NCBI RefSeq assembly: GCF_001194135.2
Contig: NC_068982.1
Location: 185,173,798-185,237,797 of the forward strand
DNA: 64,000 nucleotides
Direction of reading: 5' to 3'
From: Octopus bimaculoides
Lineage: Eukaryota
The notes beneath the pieces are model-generated. The model made no database searches. It was not told where the DNA came from and saw only the letters and a program-made list of their open reading frames with translations. Positions 49,137 to 61,654 of this stretch are shown here, piece after piece (the first letter of the stretch is position 1; every line of letters starts with the position of its first letter). Both the position numbers and the translations under genes were made by a program.

Positions 49137-49893
49137 CTAGAAAATACAAAATAGAAAAGTTAAAGTGAAATAGAAATTGCATAAATAACATAAACTAAAA
49201 GAAGGATCAAATTGAACAAGGGATCAAATTGAACAAGGGACATAACTAAGTGAAGGATCATGCTGAATAAGGCATCAAACCTGATTACAGTTGAATGATT
49301 AAAACAATTCAAATCTACAGACCCCATCAGTAGCTTAATTGTGAGATTTAAAGATGTAGTTATGTTGAAAAGAAATTAGGACTTATAATACATATGTGGT
49401 GTGTAGTGATAGATGCAATATATATTTGATAAAAGCTCTGGAGTAGACTATATTTTGCTGATGAGGTCTAATAATATTGAAATATGTCTTAATTTCTTGA
49501 AATTACCTCCGCTTTTCTTTGGAGAGCCTCTAACAATACCCAGAAAGTCATTATTTTCTATTTCCAACTAAAAGGGCAATTTCAGCTAATTGAGAATCTT
49601 TTGCATTCACCATTCAGTACATCTGCTCTTAACTTATTTATCAACACTTATCTTGTCTTCTAGCAACTTGGTTAGGCCTAAAGGCATAGTTACTTTGATG
49701 CATATGACTTCATCTGCTCTGCCACTGATAGAGGCAATAGAGCAATAAACCGTGGTGAATCCCAACCAAACTGATCTTGTTATTCTGGGTGCTGCTGATG
49801 TTTAGCCCCAGTTCATCCCTGACCTGTAAACCTATGATCAAAGATATGGCAGGTGAGACCATACGTATGATTGAGGGAAATTTAGCTGCATGG

Positions 49894-49994
49894 ACCTTCC
49901 ATCATTAATCAGAGGTACCTTCCATCATTAATCAGAGGTACCGTCCATCATTAATCAGAGGTACCTTCCATCATTAATCAGAGGTACCTTCCAT
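49894..49994. repeat. Near-perfect 23-bp tandem repeat, about 4.4 copies
   Basis: ACCTTCCATCATTAATCAGAGGT x4 (one ACCGTCC variant) with no spacers. Confidence 0.95.
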
Positions 49995-50113
49995 TGTATG
50001 TTAGAGAGAGAGAGAGAGAGAGAGTACTTAACCTGGTTAGTGATTATTTTACTTTGTAGGAAATTGGTTATACACCATTAGGTGTACACCCAATTTCCTA
50101 TATTAAATTAGAA

Positions 50114-50389
50114 TGAACGGAACGCAGAACTCCAAACTATCAACACAACAATATTTATTCATGGTGGAAAATATGCAGCTTTAATCTTGGTTGTTGAGAC
50201 GCCTTCTGTGTGTGAGAGCATGGTTGCTGAGACGTCAGACTGTAAATGTGAGCTGTCTGGCGTGAGTTCGAAAGATGGAGAGAGACAGCTTGACACATCC
50301 ATGCTCCATGCCGGCCAGGCGAGAAAGAGAAAGAATAAAGCGGGAACGCTTGGATGTTGAATTCCACGCACGCGCACGGCGTTACTACA
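50114..50389 (-). mobile_element. Possible solo LTR
   Basis: The minus strand begins TGTAGT and ends CA, has AATAAA followed by GT-rich sequence near its 3' end, and is locally CpG-rich. No clean TSD found. Confidence 0.3.
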
Positions 50390-50720
50390 ACTAGTACTTA
50401 GTTTATTGGGCAAAATCCTCAGAAATATGAGTTTTACTTTAAATGAAGAAAATAGCTACAATAGAGATAGATGATGGTGGTGAGGACAAGAGATGACAGT
50501 GGATGGTAGCTAAGTAAAAGTAAGTCATTGTACGATGGACAAGTGATGATAACAGAGGGTGGCTACAGTTAAGATAGGTCAGAGTGATAGGTCAGATGGT
50601 AGCTAGTACAGAGGTAAGTGAAAGTGGTATGGACAAAGCCTCAGTAGGAGTGTAATGGTTTTATAGTCATGTAAAGGTAAATGATATTGGGCAAAGACAA
50701 AGAAATATTTGGTGACTTAC

Positions 50721-50813
50721 TAAGAGCTTAACCCCTCCATAAGGAGTGCCAGATCGTAGCATATAAAGTGGTACATTTGACATACTTTCCATTCCACCGG
50801 CAATCATGACTTC
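50721..50813 (-). CDS. ACAT1: ACAT1 exon (93 nt)
   Basis: ttcttcag / GTAAGT. Encodes [31 protein letters not shown]. Confidence 0.95.
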
Positions 50814-52229
50814 CTGAAGAAAATGAAAACAATTTTTTTTTTATAAAAATCATGATTTCTTAAACTGACACAAGACCTCAAATACTAATAAAAGGTGTCG
50901 CCACTAAGATAATCTCAAGAACTTGACTAGAATAGTAACAATAATAATATTCTAAAAGGATTGACATAACTCTTCACAAAGGTAAACAGACAAGATGAAG
51001 AGCGTGATGTGATTGCAATAGATATGTTATTGGTTGATTGATATTTAGACAGCAAGCCTGTCTTTGTTGAATTCAAAATGAAAAGTGTTAAAAATTCAAG
51101 ATTATAGAAATTCAAATATGAATCAGAAAATAAGAAATTGATATTTCTATCAGTTAAAAAACTTGTTTTTGGTGCTAAAAACAAAAGCCATTTCTCATTT
51201 CTGGAAACATGCAAACATGAAAAAGTTATAGCGGACGACAGCCTTGCATCAAATATCAACATGTAGATGCTGATTGCTCTTGTTCATAATTTAGATTTGA
51301 ATTTCTATAATTTTGAATTTTTATCACTTTTCGTTTTTAATGCGACAAAGACAGGCTTGCTGTTGAAATATTGTTCAACCAATAAAATATCTATTGCAAT
51401 CGCATTGTGCTCTTCATATAATAATAATAATAGTAGTAGTAGTAGTAGTAGTAACAACAACAACAACAACTGTAACTGATTTAGGTACAGGGTAAGCAAA
51501 TCGGGGGATGGGTGCTAGTTAATATCATAGACCGAAGTACTTGTGTTTTATTTTATTGACTCAGGAAGGTAAAAGATAAAGAGATTTGAACTCAGAATGT
51601 AAAGAGTCAAAAGAAATACTGTGTTTTTTTCCAATGCCCTAATGATTCTGCTAACCAAATCACTTGATGTGGTGGTGGTGGTGCATTGTGAGCTCACAAA
51701 TGGGCAGCAAATGTTCAAGGGATGCAATAGGGGCACCAAATGTTTAGAGATGTGAGTTCTCTTAGAAATAAGATATCTAAACCAGGTACAATATTTTTGT
51801 TTTGAGCATATTTAAAAAGCAACAAATCTTTTGTTGGCATTACAATAGAAATAGGACATTGTGTCATCTGAGTGGAAACATGACTGATAATGTGTCAAGG
51901 CCAAATATAATTTTGTTATATAAGGCATTACTTTCTTTAATAATTTTCCTAATAATTTAATATAGGAAGCACTAGTTCATGCAAATATCTAAAAGCAAAA
52001 ACAAAAACAAAAAAAAAGACACACTGGATGGGGTACAAAAAGAAAATATGTATAATAAATCATTATGCAAAATTAGCTTCTGTTTGATCAAAATAATCTC
52101 ATGTATTTGTTTTTTTTTAAACAAATGGGGAAAGAGTGTTTGTAAAATGCCATTCAGTGAAAGGGGTAACTAAACAACAAAAAGTTGAGAACTACTATTA
52201 TACAAAGTAACTGCCCACTAAAACACATC

Positions 52230-52640
52230 ATAGGAGAAGGTAGACGAGCATTCTGTAGGATCCTTTCATTCCTGATCTTGTCAAACAGAGTAATATTCAT
52301 AATCTGCAGCAGCTGTCTCAACATATATGTATGTAACTTGTCTACTTGAGCTTTATACACTGTCCAGGTTTCAGTTTCATACAACAGAAAAGAAAGCACT
52401 ATTAGTTTGGGATACCTTACATTTGACCCATAAAGAAATATGCCTATTTTCCCACAACCTCTCCTGTAGCCTGCCAAATTTAGCACTAGCTCTGTTCATT
52501 CTGTATGTGATTTCCTGGTCCAGTTGTGCATTATCTGAAATGGTGCTGTCAAAGTATTTGAATACTTTGCACTGGTCCAACCCTTGATTGCTACCCAACA
52601 AAATAACACAACTTGCATTATATTTACTCTGCACAACAGA
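52230..52640 (-). mobile_element. RTE-clade LINE RT C-terminal remnant
   Basis: STISDNAQLDQEITYRMNRASAKFGRLQERLWENRHISLWVKCKV and LLYETETWTVYKAQVDKLH..LRQLLQIMNITLFDKIRNERIL, typical of RTE-1/BovB-like elements. Confidence 0.85.
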
Positions 52641-52718
52641 GATGATACATTAAAATAACACTAGTAACAACAAACCAGACCCCACAACAAAACAGATGCA
52701 GCATACAAGCACAATTCT

Positions 52719-53100
52719 GTTGGCACTCCGTCGCTTACGACATCGAGGGTTCCAGTTGATCCGATCAACGGAACAGCCTGCTCGTGAAATTAACATGCAA
52801 GTGGCTGAGCACTCCACAGACACACGTGTACCCTTAACGTAGTTCTCGGGGATATTCAGCGTGACACAGTGTGACAAGGCTGACCCTTTGAATTACAGGC
52901 ACAAGAGAAGCAGGAAGTAAGAGTGAGAGAAAGTTGTGGTGAAAGAGTACAGCAGGGTTCGCTACCATCCCCTGCCAGAGCCTTGTGGAGCTTTTAGGTA
53001 TTTTCGGTCAATAAACACTGACAAGACCGGGTCTGGGAATCAAAACCGCGATCCTATGACCGCGAGTCTGCTGCCCTAACCACTGGGCCATTGCGCCTCC
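52719..53100 (-). mobile_element. tRNA-derived SINE family A, full length
   Basis: Reverse complement of the 9848 element, with 14-bp TSD ACAAGCACAATTCT (52705-52718 / 53101-53114). Confidence 0.9.
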
Positions 53101-54244
53101 ACAAGCACAATTCTACATACTCCAATAAACAATGTTGCAAACTGCAGGAATTCAGGGGAACACTTAGTAGGGTGCTGTAGAAATGTACACAAAGCAGTTG
53201 AAATAAATAAAATGAATGTTTCTAAATTAGGTTAAAAAGTCAGTAATTTTGAGGTGAGTGGGTAAGTGATTACAACAACTCCAGTGCTTGATCTGTACTT
53301 TATTTTGTTGACCGTGAAAAGATGAAATGCAAAGTTGACCTCAATGAGATTTGAACTCAGAATGTAATGAGATGCAACTAAATACTACAGGGTACTTTTT
53401 GACCAGCACTCTGTCGATTCTGCAACGCACTGGTTTCAAATTATAAGGGAGAGCCCCCTTCCCATACTTGACTGGTACTTCAAAGTTAATCCTACCATGA
53501 TTTGAACATAGAATCTAAGTTGACAACCAAACAAAATGTATTATGGGATTTAGTTAATCCCACAATACATTTTGTTTGGCTGTCAACTGATTCTGACATC
53601 AAATAGCTTAAATATCATCATCACCACTATTTGTAATGTTCATTTTTCCATGCTTGCATAGGGCAGATTCTCTGTGGCCAGATTCTCTTCCTGTCACCAA
53701 TCCTCACCTTTTGCCAAGTAAGGTAATATTTCATAGAAAATTGGAAATGAAGGACACTGTTTGCATTTACAACTATCAAGCAATGTCAAGGCAGGAGGAC
53801 AGTCACTCACACACACACAAACACAAATTGGCCCAGGTTTCTTTCCATGTACCAAATCCACTCACAAGTTTTTGGTTGGCCTGGGGCTACAGTAGAAAAC
53901 ACTTGTCCAAGGTGACATGCAATGGGACTGAACTCGAAACCATTTGGTTGGGAAGCAATCTTCTGACCACACAGCCACACCTGCACCTATAATAAAAACA
54001 ACTAATAGCAGTAGTGGATGTAGTAGTAGTAGTAGTAGTAATCATCACCATTTGTAATCAATACAATGATTAATGTAGCATTAAGGCTGTTAGCCAAGGT
54101 TGTTAGCATTAAGGTGGGTAGACAAGTTCTTCAACTCCCTTGGGTATATCATCTTAGACAAATCTATTTTTTGTAGATATATAACACATTATTACTATAA
54201 TGGCAACATCATCAGATGTATAACTTACAAACTCTAAACCCTAC

Positions 54245-54345
54245 CTGATGTCCACACATTAAACTCTGGGCAGCCATCATAACAGACTTCATACCAGAAG
54301 CACAGACTTTGTTCACAGTTGTGGCCGGAGTTGAGATGGGCAAAC
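54245..54345 (-). CDS. ACAT1: Mitochondrial acetyl-CoA acetyltransferase (T2 thiolase), exon with the catalytic nucleophile Cys
   Basis: ttccag / GTAGGG on the minus strand; 101 nt. Encodes [34 protein letters not shown]. Confidence 0.95.
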
Positions 54346-54563
54346 CTGGAAGAAAAAAAGGATGGAATTAAAGAGAAGCACTAACGAAATCTTGGTTTAA
54401 ATGAACAATATGTTGTCGATGCTGTCATTGTTATAACTGTGTTGCGAATGTACAGGTGCTTTGCTGGTATTACTACAAGTTGATAGATAGTTTATATACA
54501 TGCATTATATAAGTATATAAGGACTGAATATAGATATAGATGAATTACATCAGTGTATGTCTT

Positions 54564-54733
54564 TATGAAGAGGTACTGAAAAGTTCCTAGTTTTACAGGG
54601 CTTAGAAAAACTGAAGGACCACTGCAATATGTGTGTGAATCTGAGAGGGGAATATGTTGAATGAAATCATAATTAATTGATCCTCCTGTATTTTCTTATA
54701 CCCAAAGCCAGGAACCTTTCAGCAACCCCTCAT
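54564..54733 (+). mobile_element. Mariner-derived MITE
   Basis: TIR-like GAGGTACTGAAAAGTTCCT / AGGAACCTTTCAGCAACCCCTC. Internal GLEKLKDHCNMCVNLRGEYVE matches a mariner transposase C-terminus. A second copy lies at about 59200-59420. Confidence 0.7.
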
Positions 54734-55439
54734 GCATATCATTATCATTTACTGTCCACTTTTCCATGCAGACATGGTTCAGATGGAGTTTATTGAGGCA
54801 GATTTTCTGTGGCGGCTGGATGTAGCCGTCACCTGCTTCCAAGCAAGATAATATTCCCCATGGTCAGAAATGTTTTTTTTATGGAAGTCTAGAAACAAAC
54901 AACCTCACTTGTTTGACAGTGATGCTCATTTACAACCCTCTCTTGATGTCAAGACAAGGGTATACACAAATACACATATGCACATATACATGACTCTTGG
55001 TGGAGTGGAAGTGTAAGGTAAGTTGGGTGGGTAGAAACATGATGTTGCTCATAGAGACTTTAAGTTTGAAGCTAAAGCAAAAACAAAAGACAAATTGAGG
55101 AAGAGGGAGGGGTTTAGCAGAGGGAATGTCAGCCTGCTTAGTCTCAAGACAATAATCTGTGAGTGTTTAATGAGAAGAAAGAAAGAACAAAAGAGAAAAG
55201 AAAGGAAAGAAGAAAGAAAGAAAAGAAAAGAAAGAAAGGAAGAGAAAAGTTAACAAAATAACATAATAGTGAATTTTAGAAGTGACCAGTTGGGCAGGAT
55301 AAATTACATTTAAGGTATGGTTGACAAAAAAATGAATGAGAAGAAGAAAATAGCATGAAAGTGAAAATCTTAGTTCCTGAACATTACAGGCTGGTGGCAT
55401 TAGGGAAATGGCCGTGCCCTACCTGCAGGAAAGGAATTT

Positions 55440-56440
55440 TATAAGGTGTGGATACATAAAATGCGTAGTAGAATTAAAGGTACAGACAAAATGCATAGTG
55501 AAATTAAAGGCAGGTTAACAGGGAAGGTAGATTTCAAATGCAGCAAGTGCACTGAAGCAGTTATCATTTAGAATGCTCAGGAAATAGATTCTCTAAAATG
55601 TCCAAATGGCTTTCTAGAACTGGTTGATAGCTTTTTATACCTATGTGATCAAATTACCAGTGAAGGTGAATGATCAGAAAGTGTGATTGCTAGAATAAAA
55701 ATGGGTTGGAGAAAATTCAGGGGGCTATTAGCTTTGCTGGTAACAAAGGGCATAGCTTTCAAGATCAAGGACAAACTGTATGATGCTTATGTGTGAAGTT
55801 GATGATGTTGGCACTCCGTCGCTTACGACATCGAGGGTTCCAGTTGATCCGATCAACGGAACAGCCTGCTCGTGAAATTAACGTGCAAGTGGCTGAGCAC
55901 TCCACAGATACGTGTATCCTTAACGTAATTCTTGGAGATATTCAGCGTGACACAGCGTGACAAGGCTGACTCTTTGAATTACAGGCACAACAGAAACAGG
56001 AAGTAAGAGTGAGAGAAAGTTGTGGTAAGAGAGTACAGCAGGGTTCGCCACCATCCCCTGCTGGAGTCTCGTGGAGCCTTAGGTGTTTTCGCTCAATAAA
56101 CACTCACAATGCCTGGTCTGGGAATCGAAACCGTGATCCTATGACCACGAGTCCGCTGCCCTAACCACTGGGCCATTGCGCCTTCATGTGTGAAGTGTAG
56201 TGGTGCATAACAGTGTGATGTGAGCCTCGAGGTTGGAAAACATGTGAAGGCTTGAAAGAAGTGAAGCAAGCATGATTCACTAGATGTGCATGTTCATGTG
56301 CATGAAGGACAAAGTACAAATGAACTGAGGAACAAACTGGCTATAAGAGGAATCAGTTGTAGTGTGTAACATGCAGAGAGTACAAAGTGAATGGAAGAAG
56401 GAGACTGAGGAAGATCTGGGACAAGGGAGTCAAGATGCTA
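55440..56440 (+). mobile_element. RTE-like LINE RT C-terminal remnant split by a SINE A copy
   Basis: ELVDSFLYL..SESVIARIKMGWRKFRGLLALLVTKG..KLYDAYV, then after the SINE RLERSEASMI..STNELRNKLAIRGI. Confidence 0.8.
55800..56185 (-). mobile_element. tRNA-derived SINE family A, full length, nested in an RTE remnant
   Basis: Reverse complement of the 9848 element, with 11-bp TSD ATGTGTGAAGT (55789-55799 / 56186-56196). Confidence 0.9.
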
Positions 56441-57571
56441 CATCTGATGAAGGCAATGACTGAAAGCCGTGTTGACTAGTATACTACTCCTCCTCCCTCC
56501 TGAATCATAAGTTATGATGCCTAAGTAAGAATGGGTTGCATGCTCTTAGATATACTGCCTTGTGAATATATTCTGGCCCCTCATCATCAATTTATCTCTC
56601 CTTCACACCATTCTGTCCATGCATATATATATTTATATATAGCACCATTTGAGCATGACCGTTACCAACGTCGCCTTCCTGGCACTTGTGCCAGTGGCAC
56701 GTGAAAAGACATTCGAGCGAGTTCGTTGCCAGTCCCACTGGACTGGCTCCTGTGCCGGTGGCACTGGCCTTCGTGCCGGTGTCACGTAAAAGCACCCACT
56801 ACACTCTCTGAGTGGTTGGTGTTAGGAAGTGCATCCAGCTGTAGAAACTGCCAAATCAGATTGGAGCCTAGTGTAGCCATCTGGTTTTCACCAGTCCTCA
56901 GTCAAATCGTCCAACCCATGCAATTATTCTGTGCTGATGAAGAGAAATAACCCAGAAATTGCAATACACAGATATCGTTTTGAGCTGAGTGGGGGTGCTA
57001 GATTCCCTTGTTCAAAATATAAGAACACAGATCGTGTTGTATAGCCAGCTGGAGACGATGTCTCCTGGGGCTAAATTACAGCAACATTCGTCCTAAACCA
57101 GGAGTGCTATGTTATGTTGGCAAACATTCTTTACTCCATAACATCTCTATTGTAATGTGAGATACTTCCAGTTTAATAGTCTCACTATTAATACTGAAAC
57201 TGGTAAAGTGAAACTATTATCTCACATATACACAGGCATACATACATCAATACATATAAATTTGACATGGGCGATTCTTTCTTGTCTTGGGATTCACAGT
57301 CAAACGGCTGGGTGGAAGTGCACGAAAAATTACACAGATGTGTAGAATGATCCGGTGGTGATGCTGGACTTTGTATTCTTTTTATAGCTCCCGTGGTTAC
57401 TGAGACAATCTACTATAATAATACTCTTGTGTTTATGAATGAGAAAGGAAGGGGTGATAGATGATTAAGGAAAGAAGGAAGGGGTGATGTCATACTTGGT
57501 AGTGGGATGATGAAAATTGTATGCAGAAAAAAATAAATCAAACAGCATTTCAACTCTGTGAATATATGTGA

Positions 57572-57612
<41 letters not shown>

Positions 57613-57924
57613 CACACACACATATATATATATATGTATGTATGTGTGTGTATATGTTTGTGCGTCTGTGTTTGTCCCCCCAACATCGCTTGACAACCGA
57701 TGCTGATGTGTTTACGTCCCCGTAACTTNNNNNNNNNNTACGTCCCCGTAACTTAGTGGTTCAGCAAAGAGACCGATAGAGTAAGTACTAGGCCTACAAT
57801 GAATAAGTCCTGGGGTCGATTTGCTTGACTAAAGGCAGTGCTCCAGCATGGCCACAGTCAAATGACTGAAACAAGTAAAAGAATATATATATCATGTGTA
57901 GTAAGGAAAGTGTTAAAATTATTT

Positions 57925-58200
57925 TGATGGTGTTTCTGTACCAATATTACCCACAATTCCTATTATAATAGACATAAATGTTGCCAATATTCTCCACATT
58001 CCTTCTATTTCTAATTCCAGTTCTGTGTTTTATACATAAGATTTTCTGCACATTGCTCAAACGTACTTCAGTTTAATGGTATAAAAACTCCACCTATGTG
58101 TCTGATACTAGTTCTGGGTTATTTTTACATAACACATCTGCATTTTCATGCAAAAAGATATTCAGCTTGTTAGGATAGAAAATAAATCAACCGAGCATCA
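57925..58200 (-). mobile_element. Decayed RLE-type LINE C-terminal remnant
   Basis: Minus-strand TELELEIEGMWRILATFMSIIIGIVG resembles the LxxEIxRMW...VPIVIGALG motif. Confidence 0.4.
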
Positions 58201-58687
58201 ACAATCTGAAGACCAAGACTAAATACTTGCAACAAAGTGTATTTTTGCTAAAAGCACTCAAAGGCTTCCATACAATTTCCATCTAACAAAATTCATTCAC
58301 ACTTCTATGGTGAAAGACAACCAAGGTGTTGTGTAGTGGGACTGATCACAAATTCGTGTTAGTTGTAAACTCCTTAAAAAGTTTACTGTGCCCAGTTGTG
58401 GCTTCAGATTCAATCACAAGCACTCGTGTGTGAAAGAGGAAGTGGTGCTTGGTTTATGTCAGGGTAACAAACTAGATATATCTTGTTACATATGGGGATG
58501 TACGAAAAAAAAAAAATTTAGACTATAAAGAATCAAATGCATGTGCAAGTGTAAACACAGGTGTATTTATATGTATATTTGTGGATATGTGTGTGTGTAT
58601 ACATATACACACATAAAAGAACACTTCCAAACATATGACGTATATACGCATATACTTTTGTTCTGCTAACGTAATCAAACACCTGTG

Positions 58688-58769
<82 letters not shown>

Positions 58770-59055
58770 ATGTATATATATATATATAATTTATTTTGAC
58801 TGATCTAGTAACCTGTTACTCTGGAATTTGCCCAAAGTTGCTGCCGGACGCATTCAGACAAAGAGATATTTCTCATCTTTTTAAATTATATATCTAGGTC
58901 ACCTCTCTGGAGTGTGAAAGTCATAAGGTTATAAAGAAAAATATAGATATGTATGTATGTATGTATGTGTGTGTGTGTGCATGCACGTGCACACACACAT
59001 ACAGATATATACATCATACATGCATACACATAAAAACAGGAAGGACCCAACTACA

Positions 59056-59087
<32 letters not shown>

Positions 59088-61654
59088 CATACAAAGTTAT
59101 AGTTTGAGCACTTCTTATTACAGCCCTGTATTAATTCTATTAGTTTTCTAATACAAAATTGTTAATATTGAATAATTTTATATATATATATATATATATG
59201 CATGATGGGGTGCTGAAGAGTTCCTGTCCTTGAGGGTGTTGCAAAAGGCCGGGTTGGAGGCCCAACTTTCCAAGTTCTTTTACAGGGCTTAGAAAAACTG
59301 AAGGACTGCTGCAATAAATATATGACTCTGAGAGGGAGAATATGCTGAATAAAATCATAATTAATTGATCCTCTTGTACTTTCTTTTACCCAAAACCAGG
59401 AACTTTTCAACGCTCCACCCACTCACACACATCTGTGTGTGTGTGTGTGTATCATCATCATTTAAAGTTCACTTTTCCATGCTTGCATGGGTCAGACAGA
59501 ATTATGCATATANNNNNNNNNNNNNNNNNNNNNNNNNNNNNNNNNNNNNNNNNNNNNNNNNNNNNNNNNNNNNNNNNNNNNNNNNNNNNNNNNNNNNNNN
59601 NNNNNNNNNNNNNNNNNNNNNNNNNNNNNNNNNNNNNNNNNNNNNNNNNNNNNNNNNNNNNNNNNNNNNNNNNNNNNNNNNNNNNNNNNNNNNNNNNNNN
59701 NNNNNNNNNNNNNNNNNNNNNNNNNNNNNNNNNNNNNNNNNNNNNNNNNNNNNNNNNNNNNNNNNNNNNNNNNNNNNNNNNNNNNNNNNNNNNNNNNNNN
59801 NNNNNNNNNNNNNNNNNNNNNNNNNNNNNNNNNNNNNNNNNNNNNNNNNNNNNNNNNNNNNNNNNNNNNNNNNNNNNNNNNNNNNNNNNNNNNNNNNNNN
59901 TATATATGTATATATATACATAAAGAGAGAGAGAGAGGTGGGGGTGAGAGGGATGAAATATTATGATACCTGGTGCCATACATGCTTTCTCATTGTTCTA
60001 TGTAATGAATCTATTGGCTCTCAGCCTGAATTCTTAATATCTCTTGTATTTATATAACTACGCTGACACTACCTCCACCACTGCCATTATCACTAGTATA
60101 TATATATAGTTAACTCGCAAAGATAATGTCAAGTAAGGACCAGGCAAGGCTGTGAGGTTCAGGTATAGCTGTGTGGTTAAGGAACTTGCTTTCGAAACAT
60201 GTAGTTTCAGGTTCAATCCCACTGAGTGGCACCTCGTAAAAGTGTCTTCTATTAAAGCCTTGTGAATGTATTTGGTAGACAGAAACTGAAAGAAGCCCAT
60301 TGTATATCATCATCATTTAATGTCTGCTTTCCATGTTGGTAATGGGTTGAATGATTCAACAGGATCTGTTTGACACTCTGTCAGTTATGATGATGGAGGT
60401 TCCAGTTGATCTGATCTATAGAACAGCATTCTTTTATTCTTTTATTTGTTTCGGTCATTTGACTGCGGCCATGCTGGAGCACCGCCTTTAGTCGAGCAAA
60501 TCAACCCCAGGACTTATTCTTTGTAAGCCTAGTACTTATTCTATCGGTCACTTTTGCTGAACCGCTAATTGACAGGGACGTAAATGCACCAGTATTGGTT
60601 GTCAAGCGATGTTGGGGGAACAAATACAGACACACAAACAATAGATTTCTGTATTAGTAAAGTACATGTTACAGCCAACACAGCATGCTCAATGGAACAC
60701 AACAGGCAACAAGTTAGTTTACATTTAACATTTATACATATTGTGTGTGTTTGTAAAAACTTGTACTACAATAATACTTTTAGTCAATAGTAAAATTCAC
60801 CATTATCATTATCATCATTTTATTGTCAGCCTCCCATGCTGGCATGGGTTAGCTTCTGTGCCTGTTGGAAATAAAAAAAAATCTTGTGCTATAAATTTCA
60901 TTTATTTTTATCTATTGCTCAATCCTCAGTGCTTTACAATACAGGCCATAGAAAATGCTGTTAATTATCAATTATCTATATACTATTAAAAGTGAAGTTC
61001 AATCCTACTTGCTTGCAATGTTACACAGCCAAACTGCCACATAATAAGAAAATACTTTGAAAGTAAAGTACCCCTGAAATGTGAATGAAACAAAGTTTCG
61101 CGTAAATCGGACCAGCAGTTATTGAGATATTCGGAGTTTTGGGGTATAAATACCCAAAACGGTGCATAATGGGAAAATACTCCAAAAATAACTTCACCCT
61201 GAAAGGGAAGAAACTCTAGCCTTTCCATTAGACACATTATGATAGCCAAAACATTTTAAAGTGAAAATGACTTTAAAAATACAGTAAATATTTCGTAAAA
61301 TAGTTCGTTACCTTGGTGTGAAGTAGTTTTTTTTCCATAGGTTTCTTTTGAGTGCATTCAACGTATCTCACCTCCAAAGATTTGGCTGCTATTTCTAGCA
61401 TGCCCTGCTGCCATGTAACAGCTATTTGCAATAAAGGACCCAAAATATCTGTTGTGTGGTAGCGGGGTGTGCAAGAAATAGCAGCCAAATCTTTCCTTTT
61501 CCAAGGAAAGGAGCCATTTACATGTGATTTTGATGTCACATTCATTGAAAGCACGCAAAATAACATGAAAAAGAAAAAAAAAAAAACCCACAAAGCAAAA
61601 CTCCGTTGTTTGGAAACTCAGACTTCCCAGAGACCCAACGGGTCATGGGTAGTC

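Noticed and set aside
49894-49994. Possible CRISPR array
   Set aside because: The units are directly adjacent with no spacers, the context is eukaryotic, and there are no cas genes.
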